Shown here: positions 17,331 to 35,837 of the stretch, in pieces
Position numbering within the stretch: position 1 is the stretch's first letter
Layout: each line of letters starts with the position of its first letter
DNA from: Chrysomallon squamiferum
Lineage: Eukaryota; Animalia; Mollusca
Length of the DNA: 64,000 bases
Assembly (NCBI GenBank): GCA_012295275.1
Contig: CM022677.1
Span: forward strand, 8,928,001 to 8,992,000
Direction of reading: 5' to 3'
Program-made: the position numbers and the translations under genes
Notes under the pieces: model-generated
What the model saw: only the letters and a program-made list of their open reading frames with translations
What the model was told of the DNA's origin: nothing
The model's database searches: none

Positions 17331-20300
17331 TCAAAGTATGCCACACTTCCAGAATGATCTCTTTGGTTGACTATCTTTCTTTGACAACTGATAACCTCCT
17401 GCTTTTTGTTGTACAGACGATGCATCCTGAAATATTTAAAATATATATATATATATATATATAATAAAGTGAACTTAAGTAAGAGAAAACTTCAATGAAA
17501 GATTAATTCATTTAATATTAAAGGTTACTGGGTTTAAAAACCACTGATAGGTTTTATGATGAATGTCTGCAAATGGAAAAATAACTACTGTTACTCTGTT
17601 CAACAGTTATAAGTAATAAAACTCCATCATTATTTATATAACGTATTTTAAACTTCATTTGTAGTAAATTTAGATGAATACACTTAACAGAAATGTACCA
17701 TCTGATCCCTAATTAATATCTGTAAACACAAAGTAAGCAACATTCCATACAGTTAATTGAATGAGGAATGATTTCAAATGGAATAAACCCATTGCGGCTG
17801 TTCAGATAGGTAAAATAGATAAAACACTATAGACCTAGTAAAATTTTAATGCAGCACATTTTTATATCCCCAAAACAAAATCACTAAAATTATATTTGAC
17901 TGCATTCAAGTTTTCTAAGTTTGAGCAAAACCGAATAACAGATTAAAACAGATATAAATGTGCATAATGTTAGCGTGACTTAAGAGACCTGGTGGTGGGG
18001 CCATGTCAGTTAAATCAGGAATTATTGCAAATGGAGAACTAACCACAGCAATTGTTTTTATTTGATATAAAACTCCACTGCTACTTTATATAATTTTATA
18101 TTTTATTTTAGTAAAAATCAAAGTGAAGACACAACAGAACTGTACCATCACTAGATACTTGTTGACTTCACATATATGAATCAAACTGTCTATAAACAAA
18201 AATAAAATACAAAATAATGTTATTAAATGGTGCTATTCTGACCTGTTTTCTGTCCATTTTTAATTTAATATCCCTAGCCAGTGTGAAAAAGGCTTCTTCT
18301 ACATTAATGCTCGCTTTTGCACTTGTTTCCATGAATTTTATTCCATGTTCTATTGCAAGCTGAAAAATTAAACCAATTATAAAAAATAAAATAAAGAAAA
18401 GCCTTTTGTTTTAAATTGGAGAATACAACTGGAAATATGTGTAAGTGAAAATAATTTTATCTTGACTGTAATGTATCTGCTTTCACAAACATGTCCTAAT
18501 TGTTCTGTACTCAGAAAATATAAACTTGTTTATTTAATATCCACTGATATTGAGCTGTGTCAAACATGTTCCTTATTCCTATAATTATTTTTCACAGCTT
18601 ATAATACATCTTCACTTGTATTTGACCATTCTTATAATTCAGGAAAATATGAAAACAATTTGTAGAGTTAATTGTTTGTCATGGTCAATAAACATAATTC
18701 CAGTTAAAGAACTAAATGAAATTCAGCAAAATATGAAAATAAGTTTTTATTTTCTATGGCAAAGAATATAAATTTAAATGTAAAAAAAATCATAGATGTG
18801 TATCTAGTTATTTTAAAATTTACCTGTTCTCCTCTTTCTTTGGACACCTGTCTTCTATCATTCATATCACACTTGTTTCCTAAAATCATTTTCTCTACAT
18901 CCTTTGATGCATGCTGAAAAACATTTAGTTAAAGATATTTATATTGTGTTGTGTTTATTGTAGCTGTACAAGCATCTATATTTGTGCTTGTGTGTGTACG
19001 TCTGTAAGCATGCATGCACACACACACACATGTACATAAATACAACACACACACACATACATAAATACAGCACACACACATGTACAGTTTTATTTGTATG
19101 TTAATATTCTGTTTACAATTATGATTATAAAAAAATTCTAAACAATTATAATGGCTTGTATATAAATGGAAACCTAATTTAACCAATAACCTGTTATCGT
19201 TTTTGTACATAATAATAATCTTGTCATGCTCACCTCTTCTTTTACAATGTGTTATTATTTTTATAACCTACCTCTTCTATGTTTCTGATCCAATTTTTAA
19301 TGTTTTCAAATGACTTTTCATTTGTTATATCATAGACAAGCATAATGCCCTGGAAACAATGAAAAAATTAAAGGATATAAACCAATGAAAAATTTCTTAA
19401 CACATATAATAAATTGAAAAGCAAATTATTTTTGTAAATTTTAAATAAAAACCATTTTACTTATATTCTTGACTTTTAAAGTAATTACCTTAAAACCCAG
19501 AATCAAATCAAACAAAATTTTATTTTGAATATTTAAAATTACAAATTTTTTTTTACAAAAAACAAATCAGTTAAACTGAACACATCTTGCTGCTTACATT
19601 TAAAATTTAATATTTTACTTTTTGTATTTAGACATAAAATTTGAATACTTACCATTGCACCTCTGTAATAAGCTGTTGTTATTGTTCGAAAGCGTTCTTG
19701 TCCTGCTGTGTCCCTTGTTGTAAAAAAAATATTGATTTATTTTTATTGATTAGCTTACTATTTTATTATTTTAATAAAGAATTGCAACATCTAGAGTTAT
19801 TATTATTATGAAAGGATTTCAAAATCTGCAAACAGATACTCTTTTGGCCTGGCTTTCTTTTGACATTTTCCTTTGCAATGCCTCAAACAAAAATAAACAG
19901 ATAGAAACAACAAACAAAAAATAAGTAAAATCACTGTCAGAACAGAAATTTGTCTACAAAAATAACTTTGAATACAGAAATGTTTAAATTTAATGTACTT
20001 AATAATAAAAAAAGAAAAATATTATTAAATAATATCTATTTCTACACACATCTGACATTAAAGAAATGTTTAAATTAAATGAACTTAATAAAAAAAATAT
20101 ATATAAATATACGTATTTAATTCTTATAAACAAAGAATGGGAAATAGACACTGTAATGTTTACTTACCATATCTGCAGCTTGATCTTTTTACTGTCCAGT
20201 TCAATAGTTCTAATTTTAAAATCTATGCCTGGAAAAATAAAGAGATTTTAGTTATACAAATGCTGTTTCATTTGCATACATAAACAATCATTTTTCAAAA

Positions 20301-21387
20301 AAAAAAATCTCTGAATAGCAGTCAGTTTAGTAATTTTTATAATATATGTTTGTACAAGCCTTTTAGGGTCTATAATTAAGCTACAAATTTATTAATTATA
20401 CAAATTCTGTTTCACTGTCATATATAAACAATCATTCTTGCAAGAAAAAACAAACTTTTAATATACTTTCAGTTTACTATTCATAATCTATGTTGTACAA
20501 GCTTTTTGGTCTCTGTTAGTGTTAATCTATAAATTTATAAAATGAATTATGGCGATGTCTGAAGATTATTGTGTTTTTCGAATACAATTTATTTACTTCA
20601 CAAATCACTGACACATGATTTCACAAAGGAGGCTGTGTCAGCTTAAACAACTGTTTAACCTCAATTCAGTGAGCATCAATGATGCCTGGCATATGTCCAT
20701 TTATAATGTATAAACTTGTATCCAAAAGCTATTGACAAATTAACAAAAGAATGATGGTGTAGACAGGGAAGGCTCTCAGAGAGAAAAACTCATGGCAATA
20801 ATACATACTGAATAGAAACAACCTCATTATTTTGGTATTCTAGAGTTCAAACAGGATCATTAACATGATAAGTTGAAAACACAGAAAGTATACCTACTCT
20901 TAGTCTTACTCTTAGCTAGAGACACATGAAGAATCCCTAATATTCCTGAGTACAGTAGGATTAATTTAAGAAATTAAAGACCAAAAAATCAGTCTGGCTT
21001 TGGATCCCACTGAAATATGACAACTTGATATCAATGAGAGTAAATTTTGCATTTAGTCAATCTGGATTATCAGATGAATGTCAATAACTTAATAAATGAC
21101 ACAGACTAAAAAGACGTAGATATTGCAATGGTCTGAGTTGCCTAAAATATACATGAAATCATTTAACAAAGCATCTAGGACTTTTAATCTTGTTAGGAAC
21201 ATTTTCACTTGCTGGATGAAATCATTATATTCTGAATGTTTATAGCAATTGTGGGACATAACTGGATAATGGCAATGTTTTCTAATCAGTATGTCACAAA
21301 GAGATATTCAAGAATTAGTGGCAAACAACAAAATCCCTCTCATTCTGCCACCACTAAATGTGAGTAATACAGACAAAAGACAATATG

Positions 21388-21429
<42 letters not shown>

Positions 21430-22320
21430 ATACATTCATCATCAACAGTACACAGTCACTGGATTGACAGAATGCATGCTAGATCTGAGAATATATTCAT
21501 TGGACAGAAGACTGTAAATGACTTGAACTCTGTCACTCTCAACATTATACTGTACTGATTGAAGTGATATGATAATTGCAAGATACCATAGCATAATATT
21601 GACTATGTAAATATGTAAGACCAAATCCATCAATCATTTTATATATCTGTACATATGGTACCACGATAAAAATGTGGAAAGTAAGTGATAGTATTCCCAA
21701 AAGTATTCTCTTTAAAATATAACAAGAAAAAAAAAGATGTTTGATTAATTGTATCAACTACTCTACTGCAAAGGATAAATATTATATTTATTATTTACCT
21801 CTACCATAATAATATCCACTTGTGACTTTACAACTCTTACATTACACCAATTAAATACAATGCTTTATAATATTAAAGTAACACAAGCAATTAAAGTAAC
21901 ACAAATAACTAGTTTTGACGGCTTTCTGGCTACATATCAATGTTCAAAGTGGAACTTCCTGTTTCTCGATCTTTATCATTTCATCGTCGACCAAATCCTG
22001 TTAGGTTTTTATTAATATTATAAGAAGTGTGGCATGTAAACTATCCTTTCCTTGAAATAAGTGAAGTAGTAAAGAACTTTTACATAAGCTTTAAATACAA
22101 AACTATAAAATAAAGCCCATGATCAAACTAGACCATTTAAGTTACTTCCCCCTACAAATGGGGGCAGCTGTTCTGACTTCATTGGCATTTACATACCTAT
22201 CGTTGATATAAACGTAGAATTAAAAGCATCTTCTGAAAATCTGAACAATAAACACGTTTTCCCAACACCGGAATCACCAATTAATAAAAGTTTAAAAAGA
22301 TAATCGTAAGTCTTCGCCAT
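17331..22320 (-). CDS. RAB8A: Ras-related protein Rab-8 (208 aa, 7 coding exons)
   Basis: Exons 22320-22197, 20228-20168, 19713-19653, 19349-19272, 18913-18824, 18359-18243 and 17426-17331 total 627 nt. Motifs [49 protein letters not shown] and ETSAK are present, with the Rab8-type C-terminal CaaX box CGIL. Confidence 0.96.
20650..21350 (+). mobile_element. Highly decayed non-LTR retrotransposon (RTE/CR1-like) reverse transcriptase fragment in Rab8 intron 1
   Basis: Frameshifted motif remnants in the expected order: KAID (~KAFD, 20724), GV-RQG.LS (20756), VGL..KTK (20955-20985). Confidence 0.4.
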
Positions 22321-23633
22321 TTTGGCCGTCTGCAAGCAACACCCGCATTTGCATACACCTGTGACGTATCGTGGAAGGTTATTTCCGCTACACGAGGTCA
22401 TGAGTTTATGACTCAGACGAAAAAATAATAAAACGACCACCAAACCGTGAAGACACTGGAAAACATACTAATACTACTACTACTAATAATAGAAAAATCA
22501 GTTTTTAGTGCTTCATATAAAGATGAAGAAACAAATATGCTTTACGTTGTCACTTTCGTTTATTCAAATTAAAAAAAAAAATAATTAAAAATTTAAAAAT
22601 AAAAAGAAATTCAGTTATGTATAAAATATAAAGATAAAGGTAAAAAAAAAAAACTGAATAAAATTCCTTATTACCGGAAAGAGCGTGGGGAGGGGAAATG
22701 ATAAGATTACTCTATGTGTTGATGATAACTTGAAAAATAACTCATTAACTGTGTTATGGCAATTTGAAATTCAGAAAAAATCCTGTAATTTAGGCCTATA
22801 AAACTCAAATTGTTTCCATTAAAATCAACGAAATTTTTAGGAGTACAAGTTCATTGCGTGTAATGAGAATTCTAACTTAATTAAAGTTATAATTTTAATA
22901 CTAAATAGACTTGAATACTCATCCAATCAACTGGTAGTATTCGATCACATGAAAATTTACGACCCGTACCGCAAAAATAGATGTTATTTTTGGTAAAGAT
23001 CGAAAAATAAAATGTTGCACAAATAAACTATCACAATATAATTATAATAAATCACGAAATAAATTATGCATAGGTCATAAAAATAACAAAAATATAAATT
23101 ATCAAGTGGATGCCGCAAGATTATATCTCATGTAAGAAACATTTAATAATGTAGTTAATAATGAACTGTTTGGAGAAATTTATTATATTATATTAGAATT
23201 ATAAAACCAATGTAAAATGTTACTTTCGCCCTTAAATAATAATAATTATTTTTATTTTTATTTTTATTTCCTTACAATAACAACAGTAATAAATAACTGA
23301 AAAACAACTAAAATTTATAACATTTTATGATTTTATGAATGTAAACCATCTGCCTTATATTTGTTAATGGCAAATAATCATTTTATTTGAGGAAATATCT
23401 GGTCCAAATCGGCAACAGGCGAACTTTTTATAAATTGTTTGAAATAAAATAGTAATAATTATTTATAAAGATATAAATTAAAGAATTATTCATATATTTC
23501 ATAATATTTTCACTTTTTGACACGTTTTAATACGAATCGACGGCTGCTTTCAGTCTGTTGTGCAACCAACCCGTAGTATTAGTCGTGTGAACCCCGTCCG
23601 GTTCTTTTCCAATCTGAGCATCAGAGAATAAAC
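22321..23633. promoter_or_regulatory. Divergent Rab8 / rpS27 promoter interval
   Basis: The two ATGs are 1.3 kb apart, head-to-head. CpG-rich patches lie at each end, with AP-1-like TGACTCA at 22409-22415. A TCT/5'TOP-like pyrimidine tract gttcttttcc sits at 23601-23610 before rpS27. Confidence 0.6.
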
Positions 23634-27531
<3,898 letters not shown>

Positions 27532-29933
27532 GTAGAGAGAAGTGTCTGGGTGTGAGGGCGGATGTGCCTGGAGGAAAAGAAAAACTGTTTATTAAAAAAA
27601 CTAAAATTGTGACTGTTGACTGTGATGTGATGTTAATTACAGTTAAAAGTATTTAAAGTCGTCTACAATAAAAATAAAATCTTCTGGGTGTCCTCTCCCT
27701 CAAAATGGTGTTTGTTTTTCATTAAACAGAATATCTGAATCTCAAAGAAAGTATTTTCTCGTTTTGTTTCTTACGTTATTTTTATTTAAAATAAAAAAGG
27801 TATCAACAGAGTTGTTTTATGGTTTATATGCCGAGTATTTACACAGAAAACTAAGAATGCAGTGATTGTTTTGAATTGAATGTTACTGAACAAGAAGCAG
27901 GTTTGACATATTAAAACTGACATTACGTAACTTTTTGTTTTTTACACAGTAGAAATTAACTTCATGAGTTTGATTAATTAAAAGTGACCATCAGGAATGT
28001 TTGGTGTTTTTGTTTTTTTTGTATATTGTTAATCTTGATCTGTAGATAGAACTTCAAAAGCTATAAGAATGTTTGTTATATTGCATATAAACCATGTAGA
28101 GATGGTAAATAATTCCATAAAGCTAATAAAAAGCAATAATATATTTTTAATTCATTTCTTTTTGCAAACATTTTTTCTTGAATCATTTCAAAAATAAACA
28201 GTATGTTGTCTGCCAAGCAGTTTTGGTTAGATTACAATAATTATTTACTGATACATTAAATATGTTAAAGTAAATATTTCATAATACCATTTGTGCATTA
28301 AAAATAATTTTGAAGGACTGAAAACTTGTTAACAAAGCTAAGGTGTACAGAAGGCGTCTTGGAAACCTAATGATGGAAAACTTTTTGTTTTTCCTAATAA
28401 TTTAAAGATTATATATATTTTTAATCTTGAATCTTATATCAATGTAAGCCATTATTTAATATAAATAATTTGGGATTTATTCACAGTGCAAAACGACATA
28501 TATTATTATTGAAAAAGCAAAAAATTCTTGGAAGCCTGAGGATTGGTAATTTGTCATTTACTGGATTTTCTTTCTGAAATTCTGTTCCTGCAAAATTGAA
28601 ACAACAATTTATTTTCAGGTATTTTAAGAAATAGCACTACATTCGGAAATGATTCTGATAATAATAACTTTTAGTTCTATTATGTTTTTATTTTTCTAAT
28701 AATATAACAAACAATATCCTATGGAGTCTCTTTATTAATAACATTGTTATACACATTTTAAAATATTACCAGTATTAGTTTTGATACATGAACAAAATAA
28801 AATGGATTAGTGTACAAAGACAACACTATTAATTGTTTTTTACGGAAATATAAAAATAACATTCTTTATAAATTGGAAGGATACACACATTTATAAATCG
28901 GAAGGGGAAACAGCAAAGTGATCTGAATAAACTACATTTTATTTTGAATTCTGCATTCAAGTATATTTCGGATTCTATTTTCTGAAAATTTATTGTAACG
29001 TCCACTTTAATTAAAAAAGAATAAAAAATTTATTTGCACCTAATAAATGTGTTTTGGGTTATTTTATATATATATATATATAATTTGTTGTTTTTTGAGG
29101 CTGAGAGAATGGATGGCTAATTTCATAAATAATTCGAATGCACAAAATAACAAATAATTAAATTATTATTTATAATCAGTTTAACTTAATATGTGTGTGT
29201 GTGAACGAGTATGAAAATATTTCATATCTACTCTATCCTGAACTTGTTTTGAAATTTATGCGAGTTAAAGAATTTACCATAAATTATAATACTTTTTGAC
29301 TAATTTTGAATTTTTGTATAGAAAATATTTACCTTTGTTTGATTCCCAGCTTCCCGAAATATTTTTTCACTGTGGGGTGTCGGTAAACATTCATTCATTG
29401 TTAAAATATAATTTCTGTTGAATTAGATTAACTATATCCAAACTAAGGAATTTCTTTATTTATAGAATAAGTCACAGTAGGATTTTGTCACTAACAAGTT
29501 ACAGTAAGGGTTTGAGTAAAGTCCCTCATATTAGTAAAACACAAATTAATATTTATGAATAAAACTGGGCTTTTTTGTTTTATTTTTCCTATAAAAAATT
29601 TACAAGAGGAAAAAAAACTGCATTTTTTAATTGTTGTTTGCATTGTTTTTATTATTATTGAGTTTGTCGGTATACGTATCTCCTAGATTTCGCCAGCATA
29701 CATATTTTAAAATTAATACAGATTGTAGATTATTTTTGTATTAACATGTTTTATCATAAATTCAAAAAAGTAATCGTTGATTTTATTATTAATTTCTAAT
29801 GTGCTTGTTTATTTATAGCACAAAACCTCGTTTTGGTCACATTGCAAGGGTCAGTGAACTCGGTCAACTCTCATTGGATGGGACGTAACTAACAGATCTA
29901 ATCTTATGTTTTAGAGTCTGCATTCAATTCAAG

Positions 29934-30671
29934 ATGGTGTTTGGAACTGTTGCACGTTATATTTCGAGAAGATTCACGACTTCTGCTGTTGCGAGGAGTG
30001 TGCATTGGCAGCAGCATGGCGTAGCAGGCTCAGTAAATATATTTTTCGGATATATTTCGATAAAAATAAATAAACAAATCAATAAAATCCACCTGCTTAA
30101 TTTCGATACCTAACTCGTTATTAAAACATTTATAAATGCAGCTAACTTTTCAGTTGTTGAAAATATCTTCGTTTTGATCGGTATTGTGTAATTTATAAGG
30201 TTTATGATAAAAATTGTAAATGCATAAAATACTTCAGGCTTTTTAAGGTTATATTTCGAGTGTAGAGGACATTCACTTTGTTCAGAGCGAAAATGCGGCG
30301 TAATGCAGTTATGTTGAAGTAAAATAATGACTAGTAGCAAGGAAACAACACTTGACTTTATTTTTCAACCACAGTTTTTATTTTTTCATGCATATTTTGT
30401 GCATAAAAGGATTGTTCAAATTTTTAAATTCCCTTAAACCGCAATTACAAATGAACCAAATGTCTACCGGAAGTTGGTGTCTGCAATAACATGTCGGCAT
30501 GCTTACAGGAAATACTAGTAAATGTAAACCTAGTTTACTTCAGTAATTTTTTTCAAAAAGTAAACTCACCTTTCTTCCCTTTTATTATTATTTTTTTATA
30601 TTCAAATTATTATTTTAAATTTAATTGGGATAGGGAGAAATAATATACATGTAAATCAGCATAATCTCAGA

Positions 30672-30718
<47 letters not shown>

Positions 30719-31300
30719 TGGTGTAATTTATAATTTGATCTGATGCCAGAAACAGTACAATGCATTTTTATATGATTAATACATCATATATTTATCAGAT
30801 TTATATATCAGTTTGTTTCAGAACAAACCAATAAAGTAGCATAATGTACTTCATTTTGCCATTAAAAGTATAATAAATAACCCAAAATATTATTTTTAGA
30901 ACTTGCTTGTAAAAACATTAAAAAAATATATAGTTAGCCTTTTTACTAAGTCAACTGGAGATTTATTTTATTATTTCTCAAAATTTGCCTGTAAATTAAC
31001 ATACCTTTCTTTTAACTTGCAGTTAGAAAGTATTATATATATATATATATATTGCTCCTTCCAAGAAGTGCAAATTGAAATGAAAACTTAAAAGCTATAC
31101 ATTTTTGCTAAAATTATGTTTACTATTTTAAAATTTCTCTGTAAATAAACAAATCTGTTACATTTATTTTGTTATTTCAGACCTTGCCAGTCAATCTTTT
31201 GAAGAACAAGTACAGAACAACTCTGATCTTCACATTTTACTTTACTACTGGTTTGACCATCCCATTTATTCTCGTCCGTAAACAGATTCTCAGCAAATAG
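29934..31300 (+). CDS. COX7C: Cytochrome c oxidase subunit 7C, paralog A (72 aa)
   Basis: Exons 29934-30032 and 31181-31300 encode MVFGTVARYISRRFTTSAVARSVHWQQHGVAGS/TLPVNLLKNKYRTTLIFTFYFTTGLTIPFILVRKQILSK. The RRFTTS presequence and the PF..VR.Q TM end are present. Probable 3'UTR intron at 31321-31814. Confidence 0.9.
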
Positions 31301-32349
31301 TTTCATCTGCTGTCATGGAGGTTTGGTTTGTTTATTTTTTTTCTTTCTTGTATTTCTCTATTTTTAATTTAAAAAAAATATATATTTTTAATTAATTTTT
31401 TTGTCATTTGTTTGTGATTTTTTTCATTTAATTCTGTTCTGTTCTTTGGTTTCATCATTTTTAATTTTTATTATTATTATAATTTCTTTTCTTTTTTTTG
31501 ACAATAAATTATCGCTAATTAAATTATAAATTTTAGATAATGGACAATATATTTTCTTACACTGAAACTTTTTATTATTACTTACAAATGAAGGCATAAA
31601 TACTAATATTAGTTTATGGAATAATGAAATATAAGTAACAAAATTTGTTCAGTTATTATTTAGCTTTTCAGTTCTTTCCTGTTCCTGTTCTTTTTCTATT
31701 TTTTATTTTTTGACTCTTTATATATATATATATATACATGCATGCTTTATTTTTTTTATTTTGAAACATTTATAATAGCATGAAATTCACATGTAAAAAT
31801 ATTTATCATTTCAGGTAATGCGCACAAGCTTTCAATCAATCATGATGTTGATACCTTCTTCTCAGGAAACAGAATATACCTTTCAAATTTAATTCTTTTT
31901 GTAAGAAATTATGCATTTATTAGATAATATTTAAACAAAGTTTTTGACAATGAGTTTTGTGTTTAAAATAAAATAATTATTGATAAAATATTTAGTGTTT
32001 TTGTCTGTTTTATAGATACTAATTGCACATAGATTTTACTTGTTTTTAGTTTCACCTTCTACAGTACTACTTTTTCTATGGATACTTTCAGTAAATAACA
32101 ATCGTAGAAATATATAATTTCTCTAAGTCATTTTTTAGACTGGAATGAGAGAATTTTTACATAATATAATTGGAATACTTAGAAGTGAATTTCATTCAAA
32201 TTTTTTTATTTTATTGTTTTGTTAAAAGTACTTGTTATATATACTTTTTGAGAGGTTAATAAGATATTCAGATATAATTACAGAAAACAAGTTGATTTTT
32301 AATTGCTAGAAAGGTGATAAAGGAAAGCTAACTGACATCTCTCGAACTA

Positions 32350-33141
32350 CCGTATATACTTGTGTACAAGGCGACCTTATGTATAAGTCGATGTGTATTT
32401 TAAGACCAAAAATTGCATCATTTTAGGTATTACTTGTGTATAAGTCGACTGTAGATTCCAGGCACCGTCACTATTTTTAGACCAGTGTGACAGTGCCATG
32501 AAGGCCTACATTGTATGCCTACTGTAACATAACTTGCACAAACATACCATAATAACGTAAATGCATGTATTACACAAGCTATAGCCTAAATGTATCATAA
32601 ATAGTATCTCTTTAATGTAATAGGTCTAACATGGAGACCTAACTTATGTTATATTTAGCCGTTCTATGATTTACAAAATTTGTTGGTAGTGGATATTAAT
32701 GACAACTGCAATATTATTTCACCAAATTCTTTACAATTAAACAAGTGAGTTTTGTTTATGAAATTAGGACCGATATTTTGTGCAGTTTGGCAGAGAAGTC
32801 TGCATTCCTAGATCACTGCAAGACGCCGTAAGGCATAACGCAGTACTGACGGTTTTCTTGCTTTAAAATGTATTTTTATGTCATTAAACGGAAGAATATC
32901 ATGTTTTACCTTCATATTTGGTTTTGTTATTTAATTTTTCAAAATTTTTTATACGATAAAATTATATTTTTGAAAAGCTGAAAGACCGCGATTATTTTCG
33001 ATGCATCCCGTAGCAAAAAATAGTCAAAATGGCGACTCTTCGGCAACAGCTACAAAAGCATTACCTATGTATAAGTCGACCCCCAAAATATTACCTTAAT
33101 ATAGTCTCCCAAAAATTCGACTTATACACAAGTATATACGG
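32350..33141. mobile_element. Non-autonomous Tc2/pogo-type (Tc1-mariner superfamily) MITE, 792 bp
   Basis: 25-bp TIRs CCGTATATACTTGTGTA(C/T)AAG(G/T)CGA match at 23/25. TA target duplication at 32348-49 and 33142-43. Internal GTATAAGTCGA subrepeats at ~32381, 32438 and 33069. Confidence 0.92.
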
Positions 33142-33487
33142 TATACTAGATATCATAAATTTGACATAAATTAAACTGAAAAGTTGAGGAACACCCTCCC
33201 CTGCATACCATCATATACAATCACATTACTTTTTTTTTTCTTCTTTTTTATTTAAATATAAAAATATTTATGAGTGCTCACCTGATTCATTAACTTAATA
33301 TAATTTTTCACACACAAAATGGCATTTCTAAATAAGGCAAGTGCCCAGGGCAACACAGGACTTCCTATTAAACTTGACATATTCTTGAGGAGGATTCTTA
33401 TGGCAATGTTATTTGAAAGATTATGTCAGGTGTTTTGGCACTATTTACTTTAGATTATTCCCTATTACACAATATGTAAATTAGTTA

Positions 33488-34018
33488 CAGTGGGTACCTG
33501 AAATGACTCTGGTTCCAGAGCCTCGTTCGTTATAGAGTCCATTGAAATACATGTTACAAGGGGTAATCCGTTCCTGGCCCCAAATACTCTTTAAAATATA
33601 AAAGAAATAAGGGTGTAAATGTACATTACCATACTGTTGCTGAGCTTTCAGGAGAGGAGAAAGGAGAGGGTCATCTTTCCTAGCCCTCTGGTGACTGTCC
33701 AACAGGCAGTTTGTCTAAAGGAGGTTTTTTATATAAGGAAACCAGGGTTGACTGGTTCACCCTGGATTGGTGGAACTTCCAAAATAGGGCCATCACATTT
33801 ATTAAGAATATTAAGAGCCCGTTCCTACAGCACACACATCAGGATAATATTCCTTAATAAATTAAAAAAATTTGTTCCAGCACCAAAATACAACTTTCAG
33901 TTATTGGGCTGGAATAACTTCACTTTGCTCTTTATCCTCATACTCCCCTTCTCAAAAATATTCTTCTATATTCATTATGGGGGCCTTTGTTTGTCATGGT
34001 GTTCTGAGGTTCATTAGG
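33488..34018 (-). mobile_element. Tigger/pogo transposon 3' relic (transposase C-terminus plus TIR)
   Basis: TA|CAGTGGGTACCT terminus at 33488 and a subterminal ccattgaaa..taatccgttcc motif. The minus strand shows frameshifted LKVVFWCWNKFF*FIKEYYPDVCAV / ERALNILN / NVMALFWKFHQSRVNQSTLVS, resembling Tigger transposase C-termini. Confidence 0.7.
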
Positions 34019-34850
34019 CGAAAACATTAACTGTCTTATATTTATATAAATCATTGTTATTAGACACTTTTCATGTTACAAACATATTAAAATTAAAATT
34101 CTTGGTTTGTCATATAAAATTTAGTATATATTATTCAATGGATGGTGGCAAAACGCAGAAGAAAAAACGTCTTACTGTTTTGTTTTGTTTTTACTTTTTT
34201 CTGTTTCTTTTTTCATGACATCAACAAGAGATCGAGGTTGAGTTTACTTTTTCGAGTGTTTTAAGTCAGATATTGAAAAAGTCTTAAAAGACGGAGTAGA
34301 CTGTATTTTACTTTTCCCGTTAAGTCACAGAAAAGTCTTAAAAGACTGAGTAGTCATTTCACGTATTTTCTTGCCTGTTGAATGAAAATAAAAATAATAT
34401 ATATAAATATAGCTTACCACCTGGATTTACTTATGGGTGTGGCTTTATCCTGTGTGAAGACGTAGATACATGTTTTTCTCGTCCACGTTTGCGTTACAAA
34501 AGAATTTGTTAATGTTAATTGTTAAATGAATAAAAATGAAATGTAAAATCTATATAATTAAAATTTTAACAAATAATATCACACAAATACATACAACTTT
34601 GTGATTCACAAACGTCTTACAAAAATGTATTTATCTATTTAAGAGAGAGTTCGTGTTTAAAGTTATGTCAGTTGTTTTAATTTAATTTGTGTGCGTGTGC
34701 GTGTGTTTTAATCATACACTAATGAGGGCCAATGTTTCAACAACAAAAAAACGATCTCCACAGTAATTACTTATTCAGATCTTTTTGGATTTTATCTTAT
34801 CATCTGTAAATAATATAATAATAAAAGTATATTACGAAAATATTGAAGCG

Positions 34851-34900
<50 letters not shown>

Positions 34901-34935
34901 CAACTAATACATTTTTGGTGTGAAAATCATTTTTC

Positions 34936-34981
<46 letters not shown>

Positions 34982-35837
34982 TGCTAACTGCACTTCGTAT
35001 AAGTTACTTGTTAATTAATGTCACGGTAATAAAACCCTTTGACATTTTCATGACAAGAATGCGCTTCTTTGGTGTCGCGATAACCTAGGTGGTTTATTTA
35101 TAGACCACAATATATTTATAATGAAATGGGCTTCTTCACGACAAATAAAACGTAAGTAACAAAACCAATAAATTCAAAAGATATAAATCTTAAAAGATAT
35201 GTTACAGAAACAAATAAAATGTGAAATAACATAAAATTTTAATACTCTTTTTTTTTCTTTTTAAAATAAGCAATTTCTTTATAATCATTTCTTTCTAAAA
35301 GGTAGGCTACATAATAAAAATCAATACATGTGACCGCTCGTACATTGACCTAGGTTAATGAGATACAAGAACAACAAATAAAAACAATTCAGTTAATCGA
35401 ATTATTGTGTGTGTCTCTCGATAAACCAATTCTTATAATTTTAAAGAAGACAAAAAAAAAAAAAAAAAACGTTGACTGCTATACGCTTTTCTCGGTCGGG
35501 TCAATGACGTCCGATCTACGTACTTCTTGCATCACCCAGAAGCAGAGATTTCATCATTTCGTCCAACGACGTGATAAAAGAAAATAACATAAAACCCAAA
35601 CTGGTTTGTGATTCCTTTTACGGGGTTTCCGGAAATCACCTACTCATATTGACTAAACAGACTTAAAACCGAAACATGTTTACGATATGAAAGGAGGAAC
35701 CAAATGTGATCACTAAACTGTCTTTTATGGTGCTGCCCTCTAGCGATATTTTATAAAACAATTATTTTCATTTGTTGAGAAGAAGCAATCGACCAATCAT
35801 ATATTAGGTTTCATTGAACTCCGCCAGTAGATCAAAG

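Noticed and set aside
22321-22443. In-frame N-terminal extension of Rab8 (upstream ATG at ~22401, Cys-rich)
   Set aside because: The canonical MAKTY start has good context. The extension overlaps promoter-like motifs and probably lies upstream of, or at, the TSS.
33619-34017. 132-aa plus-strand ORF
   Set aside because: It is the antisense shadow of a decayed Tigger transposase on the minus strand.
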